Source of the DNA: Thalassobaculaceae bacterium
GTDB taxonomy: Bacteria; Pseudomonadota; Alphaproteobacteria; Thalassobaculales; Thalassobaculaceae
Direction of reading: 5' to 3'
NCBI GenBank assembly: GCA_965228875.1
Contig: OZ245843.1
Location: forward strand, 2,090,616 to 2,154,615
DNA length: 64,000 bases
In this document: one piece after another, positions 1 through 10,146 of the stretch
Numbering within the stretch: the stretch's first letter is position 1
How the letters are laid out: every line of letters begins with the position of its first letter
Notes under the pieces: generated by a model
Told to the model about the DNA's origin: nothing
The model's input: the letters and a program-made list of their open reading frames with translations, nothing else
Database searches by the model: none
Program-made: the position numbers and the translations under genes

Positions 1-822
1 GAACTGGGAGTGGAGGCCGAGATACTGGACCACTTCACCCGGCCGGGAACCGAGCTTCGCCAGCAGAGCCAGTTGATCCAGCAAGGTCTCGATGCCTCGC
101 CGGATTACCTCGTCTTCACGCTCGATGCTCTGCGCCATCGCGGCATCGTCGAGCGGATCCTGGCGCTGCGCTCGACAAAGATCATCCTGCAGAACATCAC
201 GACCCCGATCAGGGCCTTTGAACCGAACCAGCCGTTTCTCTATGTCGGCTTCGACCATGCCGTAGGCTCGAAGATGCTGGCCGACCGGGTCAAGCAGGCG
301 AAGCCGGACGGCGCCCGCTTCGCCATCCTCTATGGGCCGGAGGGCTATGTGAGCGCGATGCGTGGCGGCGTCTTCCTGGAACAGATGCGGGATCATGGGA
401 ACTCCTCGCTGGTCGCGTCGTACTACGTCAATTTCGACCGGGAGCGCGCTTACCTGGCCACCAAGGATCTGCTGTCCCGCCATGACGACCTCGACCTGAT
501 CTATGCCTGCTCCACGGATATCGCGCTTGGCGTCATCGACGCCCTGAAGGAGCTCGGCAAACTCGACGATATCCTGGTCAATGGCTGGGGCGGCGGTGCG
601 GCGGAGCTTGACGCGATCGCCGCCGGAGAGCTCGACTTCACCGTGATGCGGATGAACGACGACAACGGGATCGCAATGGCCGAGGCGATCCGCATGGACC
701 TGACCGGCAGGGGGGATTCGGTGCCGAGCGTCTATTCGGGGGACTTCAAACTGGTCGACCGGACAACCTCCAGCGCGGACATGGCCCAGTTGAGAGCGTA
801 TGCCTTCAGATACTCGAACTGA
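1..822 (+). CDS. luxP: LuxP-like autoinducer-2 binding periplasmic protein (5'-truncated by window edge)
   Basis: Frame open from base 1. Segments FTRP, DYLVFTLD, ILQNITTP, QPFLYVGFDH, IYACSTD, NGWGGG.AEL, TVMRMNDD, VYSGDF and AFRYS match Vibrio LuxP as I recall it. Confidence 0.88.
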   Translation, partial: ELGVEAEILDHFTRPGTELRQQSQLIQQGLDASPDYLVFTLDALRHRGIVERILALRSTKIILQNITTPIRAFEPNQPFLYVGFDHAVGSKMLADRVKQAKPDGARFAILYGPEGYVSAMRGGVFLEQMRDHGNSSLVASYYVNFDRERAYLATKDLLSRHDDLDLIYACSTDIALGVIDALKELGKLDDILVNGWGGGAAELDAIAAGELDFTVMRMNDDNGIAMAEAIRMDLTGRGDSVPSVYSGDFKLVDRTTSSADMAQLRAYAFRYSN

Positions 823-2977
823 ATCGGTGAGCCCAAGGTTCGAGTTGCGGCTGCCCACGCTCGTGGTGTCGGTCTTTGTCGTGCTGGTCGGGGTCATCTC
901 GCTGATCGTGCTGATCAGCGGCTACCAGATCGCGCGGCGTGCGATCGAGGCCGATGTCGACCGCCATCGCGACGGAACGCAGCAGATCGCCGTCCTCGTG
1001 GTGGACTCCTGGCTCCAGGATGTCCGCCAGCTGCTCGAACTGACAGTGAACGAGAGCGCGTTGAACAGTGCGATGTCGCTCGGCGACGTCGATGCCGTCC
1101 GGGTGCATCTCGCAAGCGTGTTCTATTCGCGCGAAGAAGGGGCGATCGACGTCCTGTTCGCCCATCTGGTCGATGACAACGTTGTCGTCGACGTTGGCGC
1201 GCTTGTTGTCGATCCGGCGGTCCTGCGGCAGGTGGCAATCGAAAACCGGGCCTTCGTGATGAACGACAGGGTCGTGGCCATTGGCGACGACGGCACCCCG
1301 GAGTTCGTGGTTCTGAGCCGACGGGACGTGATCGATCCCGTGACCGGCAGGGTGCTCGGCGCGCTCTATGGCGGCTTCGCGCTGAACGAGAACGTCAGTC
1401 TGCTGTCCGCCTTCAACCAAGCGGCGGGCGCCGCGGCGGCGGCGTTCGAGATCGACGGCCGCCTGACCGCCCCGGTGTCCGGCCCCGGGGTGCCCGCCGA
1501 TCAGGCCAAACGCCTGTACGAGGCCAGCCCCGGCGGCGGCTACGAGCAGTTCCGGAGTGCGTTGCCACTGACCTATCCGGCGGACCGGCCGCTCCACCTG
1601 GTGAGCAGCCACTCGTTGCGGGCCGTCGACGCCCTTGGTCAGAGCTACCGCGCCGCCATTCTTGGCATCGTCGCTTCCGTGCTTGCGGTCTCGGCCGTCG
1701 GCGCCTGGCTGCTGCACCAGCTTACGCTTGGCGCCTCGGGGTCCCTCACCTCCTACGTGGCGGAGGTGAATCGCAGGAACACCGTCGCCCGCTTCCGCAA
1801 GACGGCGGTCCGCGAGTTCAACGAGGTCGGCACCACACTCTCGCATTTCGTCACGGCACTGCGGGAGAGCGAGGAGCGGGCGCTGGCGATCCTGAACAAC
1901 GCGTCGACGGCGATCACCATCAAGTCGGCGGACGGCCACTACGCCTTCGTGAACCGCGAGTTCGAAGTGTCGATGGCACTGTCGAGCATGGAGGTGGTGG
2001 GCCAACGCTCCGAGGACATCTTTCCCCCGGATATTGCCGAGATGATCGAGCGCAGTGACCGGACGGTGATCGAGATGCGCACGCACGCGCAGTTCGAGGC
2101 ATCGATGGAGATCGAAGGAATTTTCCGGGCGTTCCTGATCACCAAGTTCCCGTTGATCGACAGCCAGGGCAGCGTGACGAGCGTGTGCAGTTTCACTTCG
2201 GACATCACCCCGCTGAAACTGTCGGAAATGGCCTTGACCGAGGCATTGGCGGCGGCGGAGAACGCCAGCCAGTCGAAATCCCGCTTCCTGGCGACGATGA
2301 GCCACGAGTTCCGCACTCCGCTGAACGCCATCCTTGGGTTCAGCGAGATGATCCGCGGCGAGTTCCTGGGGCCGGTGAACAATCCCACCTACCGGGCCTA
2401 CGCCGACGACATCCATAACAGCGGCCGCCAGATGCTTGACCTGGTCGACGAGATCCTCGACACCGCGGCGGTCGAGGCCGGCCAGCGCCAGTTCGACAGC
2501 TCGCCGGTCGATGTGGCCGCGGCGATCGGCGAGGCGATCAAGCAGTTCGAGCGTTCCGTGGCGGAAAAGGGACTGAGCCTGATCGCCGAGGAGGAAGGCA
2601 CCCTCCCCGTCATCCGCAGCGATCAGCGGGCCGTGCTCCAGGTGCTGCAGAATCTGCTCTCCAACGCGGTGAAGTTCACGCGCTCCGGCGGCACGGTTCG
2701 GGTGTGCGCGCGCGCGATGCCGGACGCCGTCGAGATCGAGGTCTGCGACACCGGCGTCGGCATGTCGGCGGACGTGGTGCGCAACGTCACCGAGCCGTTC
2801 TTCCAGGACAAGTCCGACCCCCATCTTGCCGAGGCCGGAACCGGGCTCGGCCTGTCGATCGTCAAGTCGATCGTGGACGGTATCGGTGGCACGCTGGCAA
2901 TCGAGAGCGAGCCGTCCAAGGGCACGCGGGTCACCGTCAGACTGCCGATCGAGCCCGAACGCAGCGAGGACGATTAG
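800..2977 (+). CDS. Membrane sensor histidine kinase (TM-periplasmic-TM, PAS, HisKA, HATPase; no receiver), LuxQ-like position
   Basis: Two hydrophobic helices, a PAS-like segment, H-box MSHEFRTPLNAILGFS, N-box NLLSNAVKFT, DTGVGM and GTGLGL. Overlaps the luxP stop. Start may be GTG at 827. Confidence 0.9.
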   Translation: MPSDTRTESVSPRFELRLPTLVVSVFVVLVGVISLIVLISGYQIARRAIEADVDRHRDGTQQIAVLVVDSWLQDVRQLLELTVNESALNSAMSLGDVDAVRVHLASVFYSREEGAIDVLFAHLVDDNVVVDVGALVVDPAVLRQVAIENRAFVMNDRVVAIGDDGTPEFVVLSRRDVIDPVTGRVLGALYGGFALNENVSLLSAFNQAAGAAAAAFEIDGRLTAPVSGPGVPADQAKRLYEASPGGGYEQFRSALPLTYPADRPLHLVSSHSLRAVDALGQSYRAAILGIVASVLAVSAVGAWLLHQLTLGASGSLTSYVAEVNRRNTVARFRKTAVREFNEVGTTLSHFVTALRESEERALAILNNASTAITIKSADGHYAFVNREFEVSMALSSMEVVGQRSEDIFPPDIAEMIERSDRTVIEMRTHAQFEASMEIEGIFRAFLITKFPLIDSQGSVTSVCSFTSDITPLKLSEMALTEALAAAENASQSKSRFLATMSHEFRTPLNAILGFSEMIRGEFLGPVNNPTYRAYADDIHNSGRQMLDLVDEILDTAAVEAGQRQFDSSPVDVAAAIGEAIKQFERSVAEKGLSLIAEEEGTLPVIRSDQRAVLQVLQNLLSNAVKFTRSGGTVRVCARAMPDAVEIEVCDTGVGMSADVVRNVTEPFFQDKSDPHLAEAGTGLGLSIVKSIVDGIGGTLAIESEPSKGTRVTVRLPIEPERSEDD

Positions 2978-3096
2978 GACCAGGACCGGCGTGTCGAGGG
3001 AGGCAAGCTCGCGCGTGAAGAACAGGCCGTCTTGGTTGCGCTGTCCCGATACTCCTTATCCCGTTCCCCGAGCCCGGCCGGAGTAGTGATCATCCC

Positions 3097-5223
3097 GTGA
3101 GCGAAAGCACTGCACGTCGCGCGACCGACCCATCGTCGAGTGTGCTCGAAGAAGGCCGACGCGCCCAGATCGACGGGTTTCATCGACGCGCGGAACGCCT
3201 GTACCGGCGCGTCCTGAACGACGTCCCGGGCCATCCGGGCGCCCTGAGGCAGCTTGGGGTGCTCCTGCTGGACGCGCAGCGCTTCGACGAAGCAGTCCGC
3301 CTCTTCGAACGCGAGATCGAGAGCCGTGGGACGAACGCGGCCGCGTGGGACCTTCTCGGGCGGATCGCCGAAAGACGGCGCATCCCCGAGACCGCCGCGC
3401 GTCACTTCAGACGGGCCGTTCTGCTGTCGCCCGGCGAGGTGAGCGGATACACAGGCGTGTTCCGCAGTCACAGGGGAGCGGTCCGTGCCTCTGCGATGCG
3501 TCGCCGGCTCCTCCTGCGCCCGGCGGATGTCCAGACACTGGCCGAGGCGGGCACCTGTTTCGAAGAGACAGGTCCGCCGCATTCGGCCGCGGAGCCGTAC
3601 AAGCGGCTGCAGATCGTCGACCCGGCCGCGCTCGTTGGCGTGTTCTCGTTGGCCAACCTCGCCAAGCGGCTGCGGCACACCGAGACCGCGCGCCGAGCCT
3701 ACGCCCATGCCAACGCCCTCGCGCCGACGCACCCGAACGTCATCAACAATCTCGGAACGTTCGCCTTCGGGCAGTCGCAGTGGCTGATCGCCGACACGCA
3801 TTTCAGGCGGGCGGTGAAGCTGGCGCCGGCCCATGTGCCGGCCCTGCTGAACCTGGCCCGCACCAGCAGGATCCTGAACGAGGACGTAGAATCCGGGCAC
3901 ATGTATCGACGCGCCCTCGTCGTGGAGCCCGGCGAGGCGACCGGTTGCTGCGAGTACGCGGACATGTCGGGCGAAGACGAGTGGGCAAGACGCGCCTGGC
4001 ATCTCGATCCGTTCGCGCCCACCCCCTATCACCACATGGCGCGGATCGCGGCGGGAACGTCCGCCGGGACAGGTGCCGGCGCAGGTACCAGCGCCGTCCG
4101 GAACCTGCGGCGCAGCGCCTGCCTGGACCCGGGACATGTCGAGACCTGGAAGCGGCTCTCCGACGAGCACCTGGAGCGCGGGGAACCGGACACGGCGGTG
4201 GTTTACGGGAGACCGGCCGTCCTCCTGCGGTCCCAGGATGCGGCGGCGCAGCACACGCTCGCGTTGGCCCTTCTGACGCAAGAGAAATTCGCGGAGGGAT
4301 GGGAGCGGTATCGCCGGCGCGTGTTCTGTGGCGAGTCGGCATCGTATCGACGCCTGTTCGCGATCCCCGAATGGACGGGCCAGCCCCTCGACGGCAGGCG
4401 CATTCTTCTGTGGCGGGAGCAGGGAATAGGCGACGAGGTCATGTTCCTCACGCTCGCGCACGAGCTCTCCCGCCGAGGGGCGGAACTGGTCTTCGTCACG
4501 GAGCCTCGGATGCGCGCGATGCTCCAACGGAGCTTCCCCGGGGCGATGGCGCCGGACGTGGGTCCGCCAACCGGTCGGGTCGAAGCGCACCACGGCTGCG
4601 ACTATCACATCGCGGTCGGCGACCTGCCGCACAGGCTCAGACTGTTCTGCGGAGGGGCGGTGCATCCCCTCCCCTGGATCGTTCCGGACCCCGGCAAGGT
4701 CGACAACCTCCGCAAAGACCTGCTCCGCCGCCATCCGGGCAGGAGGCTTGTCGGGATCACCTGGAGGTCGCAGGCGCCGGCGACGGGCGAGAGGAGGAGT
4801 ATTCCGGCGGCGATGTGGCGCGACGTCTTCCGAGCCGAGGACGTGGCGTTCGTCTCGTTGCAGTACGGTCTCACCCCCGAGGAGGCGACGCGTTTCGCGG
4901 GTGCCGCCGGCGGATCGATCGACCATGCGCACGGCATCGAACCGCTGACCGACCTCGACGGTCTCGCCGCCCTCGTCTCCGCGGTGGACCTTGTGATCTC
5001 CCCAGCCAACAACACCGTCCATTTCGCGGGCGCGTCGGGCAAGGAGTGCTGGACCCTGGTGCCGACATCAGCGGACTGGCGCTGGGGGCGCTGCCGCGGC
5101 GACTCGCTCTGGTATCGGAACATGCGGGTCTTCCGGCAGAGCGACCGGGGCGACTGGTCACCCATCATGAAGACGCTCTCGGCCGAATTGAACGGCTGGG
5201 TCGCCGGGCCCCGAACCGACTGA
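3097..5223 (+). CDS. TPR-repeat protein with C-terminal glycosyltransferase (GT9-like) domain
   Basis: Repeated TPR-like helices, then WTGQPLDGRRILLWREQGIGDEVMF, VGITWRS, VSLQYG, DLVIS..NNTVHFAGA.G and DWRW...SLWY. Confidence 0.8.
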   Translation: MSESTARRATDPSSSVLEEGRRAQIDGFHRRAERLYRRVLNDVPGHPGALRQLGVLLLDAQRFDEAVRLFEREIESRGTNAAAWDLLGRIAERRRIPETAARHFRRAVLLSPGEVSGYTGVFRSHRGAVRASAMRRRLLLRPADVQTLAEAGTCFEETGPPHSAAEPYKRLQIVDPAALVGVFSLANLAKRLRHTETARRAYAHANALAPTHPNVINNLGTFAFGQSQWLIADTHFRRAVKLAPAHVPALLNLARTSRILNEDVESGHMYRRALVVEPGEATGCCEYADMSGEDEWARRAWHLDPFAPTPYHHMARIAAGTSAGTGAGAGTSAVRNLRRSACLDPGHVETWKRLSDEHLERGEPDTAVVYGRPAVLLRSQDAAAQHTLALALLTQEKFAEGWERYRRRVFCGESASYRRLFAIPEWTGQPLDGRRILLWREQGIGDEVMFLTLAHELSRRGAELVFVTEPRMRAMLQRSFPGAMAPDVGPPTGRVEAHHGCDYHIAVGDLPHRLRLFCGGAVHPLPWIVPDPGKVDNLRKDLLRRHPGRRLVGITWRSQAPATGERRSIPAAMWRDVFRAEDVAFVSLQYGLTPEEATRFAGAAGGSIDHAHGIEPLTDLDGLAALVSAVDLVISPANNTVHFAGASGKECWTLVPTSADWRWGRCRGDSLWYRNMRVFRQSDRGDWSPIMKTLSAELNGWVAGPRTD

Positions 5224-5230
5224 CCGGGAG

Positions 5231-5258
5231 GGGCGCCGTTGAACGGGGAACGGCGCCC
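5231..5258 (+). terminator. 10-bp stem hairpin after the TPR-GT gene
   Basis: GGGCGCCGTT-N8-AACGGCGCCC. No U-tract, so function is uncertain. Confidence 0.35.
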
Positions 5259-5393
5259 GCCAGTCGAACCGTCCTGCCCGTCCCCCGGACAGACCATCGC
5301 GATTCCACCAGTCTCCGGCGGCTTCACCGCAGCGCAGCAATTCGCTAACCTTATTGTCGTGAAACCCGTCAGTCCCCGTTCTCCGGTTCCGCC

Positions 5394-6359
5394 ATGCGTC
5401 CGATAACGATTGCCGCCGCCCAGCTCGGGCCGATCCCGCGTGCCCAGGGTCGCGGCCAGGTCGTCGACCGACTGATCGCCCTGATGCACCGCGCACGCGA
5501 ACGTGGCGCCGATCTCGTCGTATTCCCCGAGTTGGCGCTCACCACCTTCTTTCCCCGCTGGTACTTCGAGGACGAGGCCGAACTCGAACGGTTCTACGAG
5601 CGCGAGATGCCGGGACCGGAGACCCGCGCGCTGTTCGAGACCGCGCGAGCGCTGGGGATCGGCTTCTGCCTCGGCTACGCCGAACGCACAGCCGACGGTC
5701 GGCGGTTCAACACCGCGATCCTGGTCGAGCGCGACGGATCGATCGTCGGCAAGTACCGCAAGATCCACCTCCCCGGCCACCGCGAACACGAACCGTGGCG
5801 CGCCTTCCAGCACCTGGAGAAGCGCTACTTCGAACCGGGCGACTTGGGCTTCCGGGTGGTCGACGCGTTCAGCGGCCGCGTCGGCATGGCGATCTGCAAC
5901 GACCGGCGTTGGCCGGAAACCTACCGCGTTCTCGGCCTGCAGGGCGCCGAACTCGTGCTCATTGGATACAACACCCCGATCCATAACCCGCCGGCGCCGG
6001 AGCACGACCGGCTCTCCTGGCATCACAATGCCATCGTCATGCAGTCCGGCGCCTACCAGAACGCATGTTTCGTCGTCGGTGTCGCCAAGGCCGGCGTTGA
6101 GGAGGGCGTGCATCAGATGGGCGGCACCCAGATCATCGCGCCCAGCGGCGAGACCATCGCCGCCGCCACCACGGAAGAGGACGAACTGGTGATCGCCGAG
6201 TGCGACCTCGACCAGTGCCGGTCCTATCGGGAAAGCGTGTTCGCCTTCGAGCGTCATCGCGAGCCCGGCGCCTATGGGCTGATCACCGGGACCAAGGGAA
6301 CGGTATCGCCGGAAGAGGCGATGCGGATCGATCCGGCCCTCGCCGTCCCCCACGACTGA
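5394..6359 (+). CDS. N-carbamoyl-D-amino-acid hydrolase (nitrilase superfamily)
   Basis: E-K-C triad in FPELALTTFFPRW, YRKIHLPGH and ICNDRRWPE; also FQHLEKRYF and GYNTP. Confidence 0.88.
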   Translation: MRPITIAAAQLGPIPRAQGRGQVVDRLIALMHRARERGADLVVFPELALTTFFPRWYFEDEAELERFYEREMPGPETRALFETARALGIGFCLGYAERTADGRRFNTAILVERDGSIVGKYRKIHLPGHREHEPWRAFQHLEKRYFEPGDLGFRVVDAFSGRVGMAICNDRRWPETYRVLGLQGAELVLIGYNTPIHNPPAPEHDRLSWHHNAIVMQSGAYQNACFVVGVAKAGVEEGVHQMGGTQIIAPSGETIAAATTEEDELVIAECDLDQCRSYRESVFAFERHREPGAYGLITGTKGTVSPEEAMRIDPALAVPHD

Positions 6360-6408
6360 CACTCCAGGCGATAGACACTCCCGAGGAGTGAAGCCGTCGA
6401 GCGGATTG

Positions 6409-7119
6409 TCAGGCGGCGTGAGGCACCCGCCTTGGCGCGCGCTTGACCGGAATCGGGGTCTCGAACTTCCGCCAGTTGGCGATCAGCCGCCGGCCCGCGC
6501 GGTACACATGTTCGCGGGCCAAGTGCTCGGCCCGGGCGCCCTGCCGCGCGACAACGGCATCGAAGATCTCGACATGGTCAGAGTAGGACTCGGCCAGGGT
6601 GTCCAGGTCGTGCCAGCGGAACTTGACCACCTGCAGCTGCGGAATGGAGCGTGACTTGCCGATGAGCTCGCGCAGATGACGGTTTCCGGCGGCGTCGAAG
6701 ATCGCCTCGTGGAATGTCTCGTTCAGCCGGCTCCAGTCGTCGCGGATCGTCTCGGTCCAGTCCTGGGCATCGCACAACGCCTCGGTCTCGGTCAGGGCCT
6801 TGTGCAGAACCCCACGCAGGTCGTCCGGCAGACCGCGCTCGGCGACGGTGCGCGCCGCCAGGCCCTCCAACACCGAACGCGCAGCATAGACGTCCTCCAC
6901 ATCCCTGACGGTGTAGCGCCGAACCACGTATCCGCTGTTCGGAACGTAATCCAGCAGTCCCTCGGCGGCCAGGATGCCGAGCGCGCTGCGAACCGGGGTC
7001 CGTGAAACGCCGAGCGCGTTGGAAATGTCCACCTCGTTCATGCGCGCGCCCGGCTTGTAGGTGCCGTCCAGCACGCCGTCCCGCAGGGTGCGGGCAACCG
7101 ACTGACCGCGTGTCGCCAT
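6409..7119 (-). CDS. GntR/FadR-family transcriptional regulator (FCD domain)
   Basis: wHTH PGARMNE...LGVSRTPVRSAL..LAAEGL; C-terminal NETFHEAI...GN and H.EIFDA. Confidence 0.9.
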   Translation of the reverse strand: MATRGQSVARTLRDGVLDGTYKPGARMNEVDISNALGVSRTPVRSALGILAAEGLLDYVPNSGYVVRRYTVRDVEDVYAARSVLEGLAARTVAERGLPDDLRGVLHKALTETEALCDAQDWTETIRDDWSRLNETFHEAIFDAAGNRHLRELIGKSRSIPQLQVVKFRWHDLDTLAESYSDHVEIFDAVVARQGARAEHLAREHVYRAGRRLIANWRKFETPIPVKRAPRRVPHAA

Positions 7120-7353
7120 AGTTCGTCTCTTCCCGTGTCGTGGCGGCGTCACCGGCGGCGCCACCCGTTTGTTGTTGGCCGATACCGGCAAGCGATCCCG
7201 ACGATCCAGTATACCAATGTCGATCCGCGTTGGGTAGCGCCGGCACTCATTCCATCACGGCGCATTGTGTCCAATCCGGTTCCGGCGCATTCATGAAGTC
7301 ATCCGGAGAACACCGGCCGAACCCTCTGACGGACCATCAGGAAAGCGCAACCA

Positions 7354-8379
7354 TTGTCCAGCGACCCGCAAGCCGCCCCCATCAGCGACCATGGTACGCC
7401 GTCCAGATTATCGAATTATTTCAATTGTCTTCAACTGAACGCCGCGCGACTGTTGACGCCGGTCAGTACGCCGTTCGCCGCGCTGTCGCCGAATGCGCGG
7501 GGCGCGATCTGGGTCGTCTTCGCCGGCTTCTTCTTCACCATCATGACGGCACTCATCAAACAGATCGGTGATACAATTCCGGTCGTGCAGATCCTGCTGT
7601 TCCGCCAGATCACCATGACCTGCACGGTGCTGCCGGTGCTGATCGCGGGATACCCCGGGATCCTCAGGACCCACCATCTGCCACTGCACCTCGCCCGCGT
7701 GACCCTGGCGGTGATCGCCATGACCTGCGGCTTCACCGCCTTCGTCCATCTGCCGCTGGCCGAGGCCACGGCGCTCGGCTTCGCCAAGAGCCTGTTCGTC
7801 ACCCTATTCGCCCTGGCGCTGCTGCACGAAGTGGCCGGTCCCCGGCGCTGGGTCGCGGTTCTGGTCGGTTTTATCGGCGTCATGGTCATGGTCAAGCCGG
7901 ATGCGGAAGGATTGAACCTCTACGCCGTCCTGGCCGTGGTCGGCGCCGCCGCCGCAGCCGGCGTGATGGTGATCATACGCAAGGTGTCGCAGTTCGACCG
8001 GCCGGTGACCATCCTCAGCTACCAGGCGATCCTGGTCGGATTTCTGATGGTTCCGCCGACACTCTACTTCTGGGTCACGCCGACCCTCGAACAGTGGCTG
8101 ATCATGGGCCTTATCGGGCTGCTCTCGGTGGTCGGACAGCTCGCCAACATCCAGGGGTTCAAGGAGGGCGAGGCCAGTGCTGTGGCGCCGATGGACTATA
8201 CCCGCCTAGTGTTCGCCGCACTGATCGGCTTCGTCGTGTTCTTCGAAGTTCCGGACGCCACCACCCTCATCGGCGCCGCCCTGATCACCGCCACGTCGCT
8301 CTATACGGTACGTGCGGAACAGCGCGCGGGACGAGCTGCGGCGGCTAAGCGGGCGGCGGACAGGGTCACGCAGAATTGA
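7354..8379 (+). CDS. DMT/EamA family transporter
   Basis: About 10 hydrophobic segments; LPLAEATAL, LLHE...RRW, SAVAPMDY. Start uncertain. Confidence 0.85.
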   Translation: MSSDPQAAPISDHGTPSRLSNYFNCLQLNAARLLTPVSTPFAALSPNARGAIWVVFAGFFFTIMTALIKQIGDTIPVVQILLFRQITMTCTVLPVLIAGYPGILRTHHLPLHLARVTLAVIAMTCGFTAFVHLPLAEATALGFAKSLFVTLFALALLHEVAGPRRWVAVLVGFIGVMVMVKPDAEGLNLYAVLAVVGAAAAAGVMVIIRKVSQFDRPVTILSYQAILVGFLMVPPTLYFWVTPTLEQWLIMGLIGLLSVVGQLANIQGFKEGEASAVAPMDYTRLVFAALIGFVVFFEVPDATTLIGAALITATSLYTVRAEQRAGRAAAAKRAADRVTQN

Positions 8380-8400
8380 ACGCAATATCTTTCCAATACG

Positions 8401-8420
8401 ATAATTGTATCCAATTTAGC
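8401..8420. promoter_or_regulatory. Candidate GntR operator, copy 1 (ATAATTGTATCCAATTTAGC)
   Basis: Identical 20-mer at 18768-18787; pseudo-palindromic core TTGTATCCAA; upstream of amidase operon 1. Confidence 0.7.
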
Positions 8421-8501
8421 TACGCTTTACGCTGCCTTTCTTGAGACCGGTCCATGTGGATTCACTCCGGGGTCCGGCATGGTCAAACAGGGAGACGGCG
8501 G

Positions 8502-8711
8502 ATGGACGACACCGCGCTGCGGCGGCAATACGACGCGTTGATCGAGGGCTCCGGCCTCAGGATCGCGGAGAACCGGGCAGAGACGATGTTCGGGGCGTAC
8601 AAGCAGGTCCGGACCTGGGCCGATGTGGTCCGAAGCCGCCGACCGGCGGCGATGGAACCCTCGAACACCTATCAACTGAACACGGTCGGTCGCCTGACCG
8701 ACGCCAGCTAG
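8502..8711 (+). CDS. Small amidase partner protein (AtzG/GatC-like), copy 1
   Basis: 69 aa, GGGAG RBS, directly upstream of an amidase; GL.I....R and C-terminal AA.EP...(Y/F) shared with 19179-19397. Confidence 0.7.
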   Translation: MDDTALRRQYDALIEGSGLRIAENRAETMFGAYKQVRTWADVVRSRRPAAMEPSNTYQLNTVGRLTDAS

Positions 8712-8720
8712 GAGGCCGCC

Positions 8721-10142
8721 ATGTCGGATCTGCTGGACCTGTCCATCGCCGAACTCGGCCGCGGCTATCGCGACGGGTCGGTCTCGCCGGTCGCCGTGAC
8801 CGAGGCCGCGCTCGACCGGATCGCGGCGACAAACGACACACTGCACAGCTTCAACACGGTGACCGGCGACCTGGCCCTCGCCCGCGCCGCCGCCGCCGAG
8901 AAAGAACTGGCGGCCGGAACCGACCTCGGCCCGATGCACGGCGTGCCGTTCGGGGTGAAGGACATCTACGACACGGCCGGCGTGCTCACGACCTGCCAGT
9001 CGCATCTGCGTGCCGAGTTCGTGCCCGACACCAACGCCCACTCGGTGCAGCTCCTGCTCGACGGCGGGGCGGTGATGCTGGGCAAATGCGCGACGATCGA
9101 ATTCGCCACGGGTGGGCCGACGGAGGAGACCTTCTTTCCCCCGGCGCACAATCCCTGGAACCCGGAGCACGTCCCCGGCGGCTCCTCCTCGGGTTCCGGT
9201 GCGGCGGTGGGCGCCGGCATCACCCGGCTGGCCCTGGGGTCAGATACCGGCGGCTCGATCCGGGGGCCGGCGGCACTCTGCGGCACGGTGGGGATGAAGC
9301 CGACCTATGGCCGGGTCAGCCGGCGCGGCGTGTTCCCGCTTTCCTACACGATGGATCACTGCGGCCCGCTGAGCTGGACCGTGGAGGATGCCGCGATCGC
9401 CCTGAAGGTCATGGCAGGCTTCGATCCGCTCGACCCGGCAAGCGCCGACGTTCCGGTGCCGGACTACACCGCATCGCTCGGCGAAGGCGTGGCCGGCATG
9501 AAGATCGCGTTCCCCGAACACTGGATCGAGGAGGAAGGCAACGCCGACCCGGAAGCGGTGAAAGCCCTCCATGCCGCTCTGGACGCCCTTCGCGCGGAAG
9601 GCGCGACCGTCGAGACGGTGCAGCTCTCGCCCTATTCCCTGTACCAGGCCTGCTCCCGTCTCCTGGTGCTGCCGGAGTGCTACGCCATCCACCAGCACGA
9701 CCTGATCGAGCGTCCGGAACTCTACGGCCGGCCGACCCGGGAGCGGCTGATGGCCGGCGCCTTCGTAAACGGATCCGACTATGTGGAGGCGCTGCGGGTG
9801 CGCCGCGAGCTGGCGATCGAGGTCAACAACGTCATCCTTGGTCAATACGACGCCCTGATCGCGCCGTGCTCGGTGATGACCGCCGGGCGGTTCGACAGTC
9901 TGGGCGACGACCCGATGAAGCTGTCGGGCATGATGACCCAGCCGTTCAACCTGACCGGCAGCCCTGCCATGTCGGTCTGCACCGGCTACCACAGCAACGG
10001 CCTGCCCCTGTCGATGCAGATCGTCGGCAAGGCGTTCGACGAAGCCACGGTGTTCCGGGTCGGCGCCGCCTACGAGGCCGTCACCGACTGGCGCAAGCGC
10101 CGGCCGTCCCTGCTGGCAACCCTCGCCACGGCGGCGGAGTGA
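8721..10142 (+). CDS. Amidase-signature family hydrolase (AtzE/GatA-like), copy 1
   Basis: GVKDIY, PGGSSSGSGAAV, GSDTGGSIRGPA (K-S-S triad). Confidence 0.92.
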   Translation: MSDLLDLSIAELGRGYRDGSVSPVAVTEAALDRIAATNDTLHSFNTVTGDLALARAAAAEKELAAGTDLGPMHGVPFGVKDIYDTAGVLTTCQSHLRAEFVPDTNAHSVQLLLDGGAVMLGKCATIEFATGGPTEETFFPPAHNPWNPEHVPGGSSSGSGAAVGAGITRLALGSDTGGSIRGPAALCGTVGMKPTYGRVSRRGVFPLSYTMDHCGPLSWTVEDAAIALKVMAGFDPLDPASADVPVPDYTASLGEGVAGMKIAFPEHWIEEEGNADPEAVKALHAALDALRAEGATVETVQLSPYSLYQACSRLLVLPECYAIHQHDLIERPELYGRPTRERLMAGAFVNGSDYVEALRVRRELAIEVNNVILGQYDALIAPCSVMTAGRFDSLGDDPMKLSGMMTQPFNLTGSPAMSVCTGYHSNGLPLSMQIVGKAFDEATVFRVGAAYEAVTDWRKRRPSLLATLATAAE

Positions 10143-10146
10143 GAGA

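Noticed and set aside
806..5022. Long antisense ORFs (806-2824, 2974-5022) and similar ones elsewhere (e.g. 24546-26972, 44969-48190)
   Set aside because: Shadows of well-supported genes in GC-rich DNA; no motifs and Arg/Gly/Pro-biased composition.
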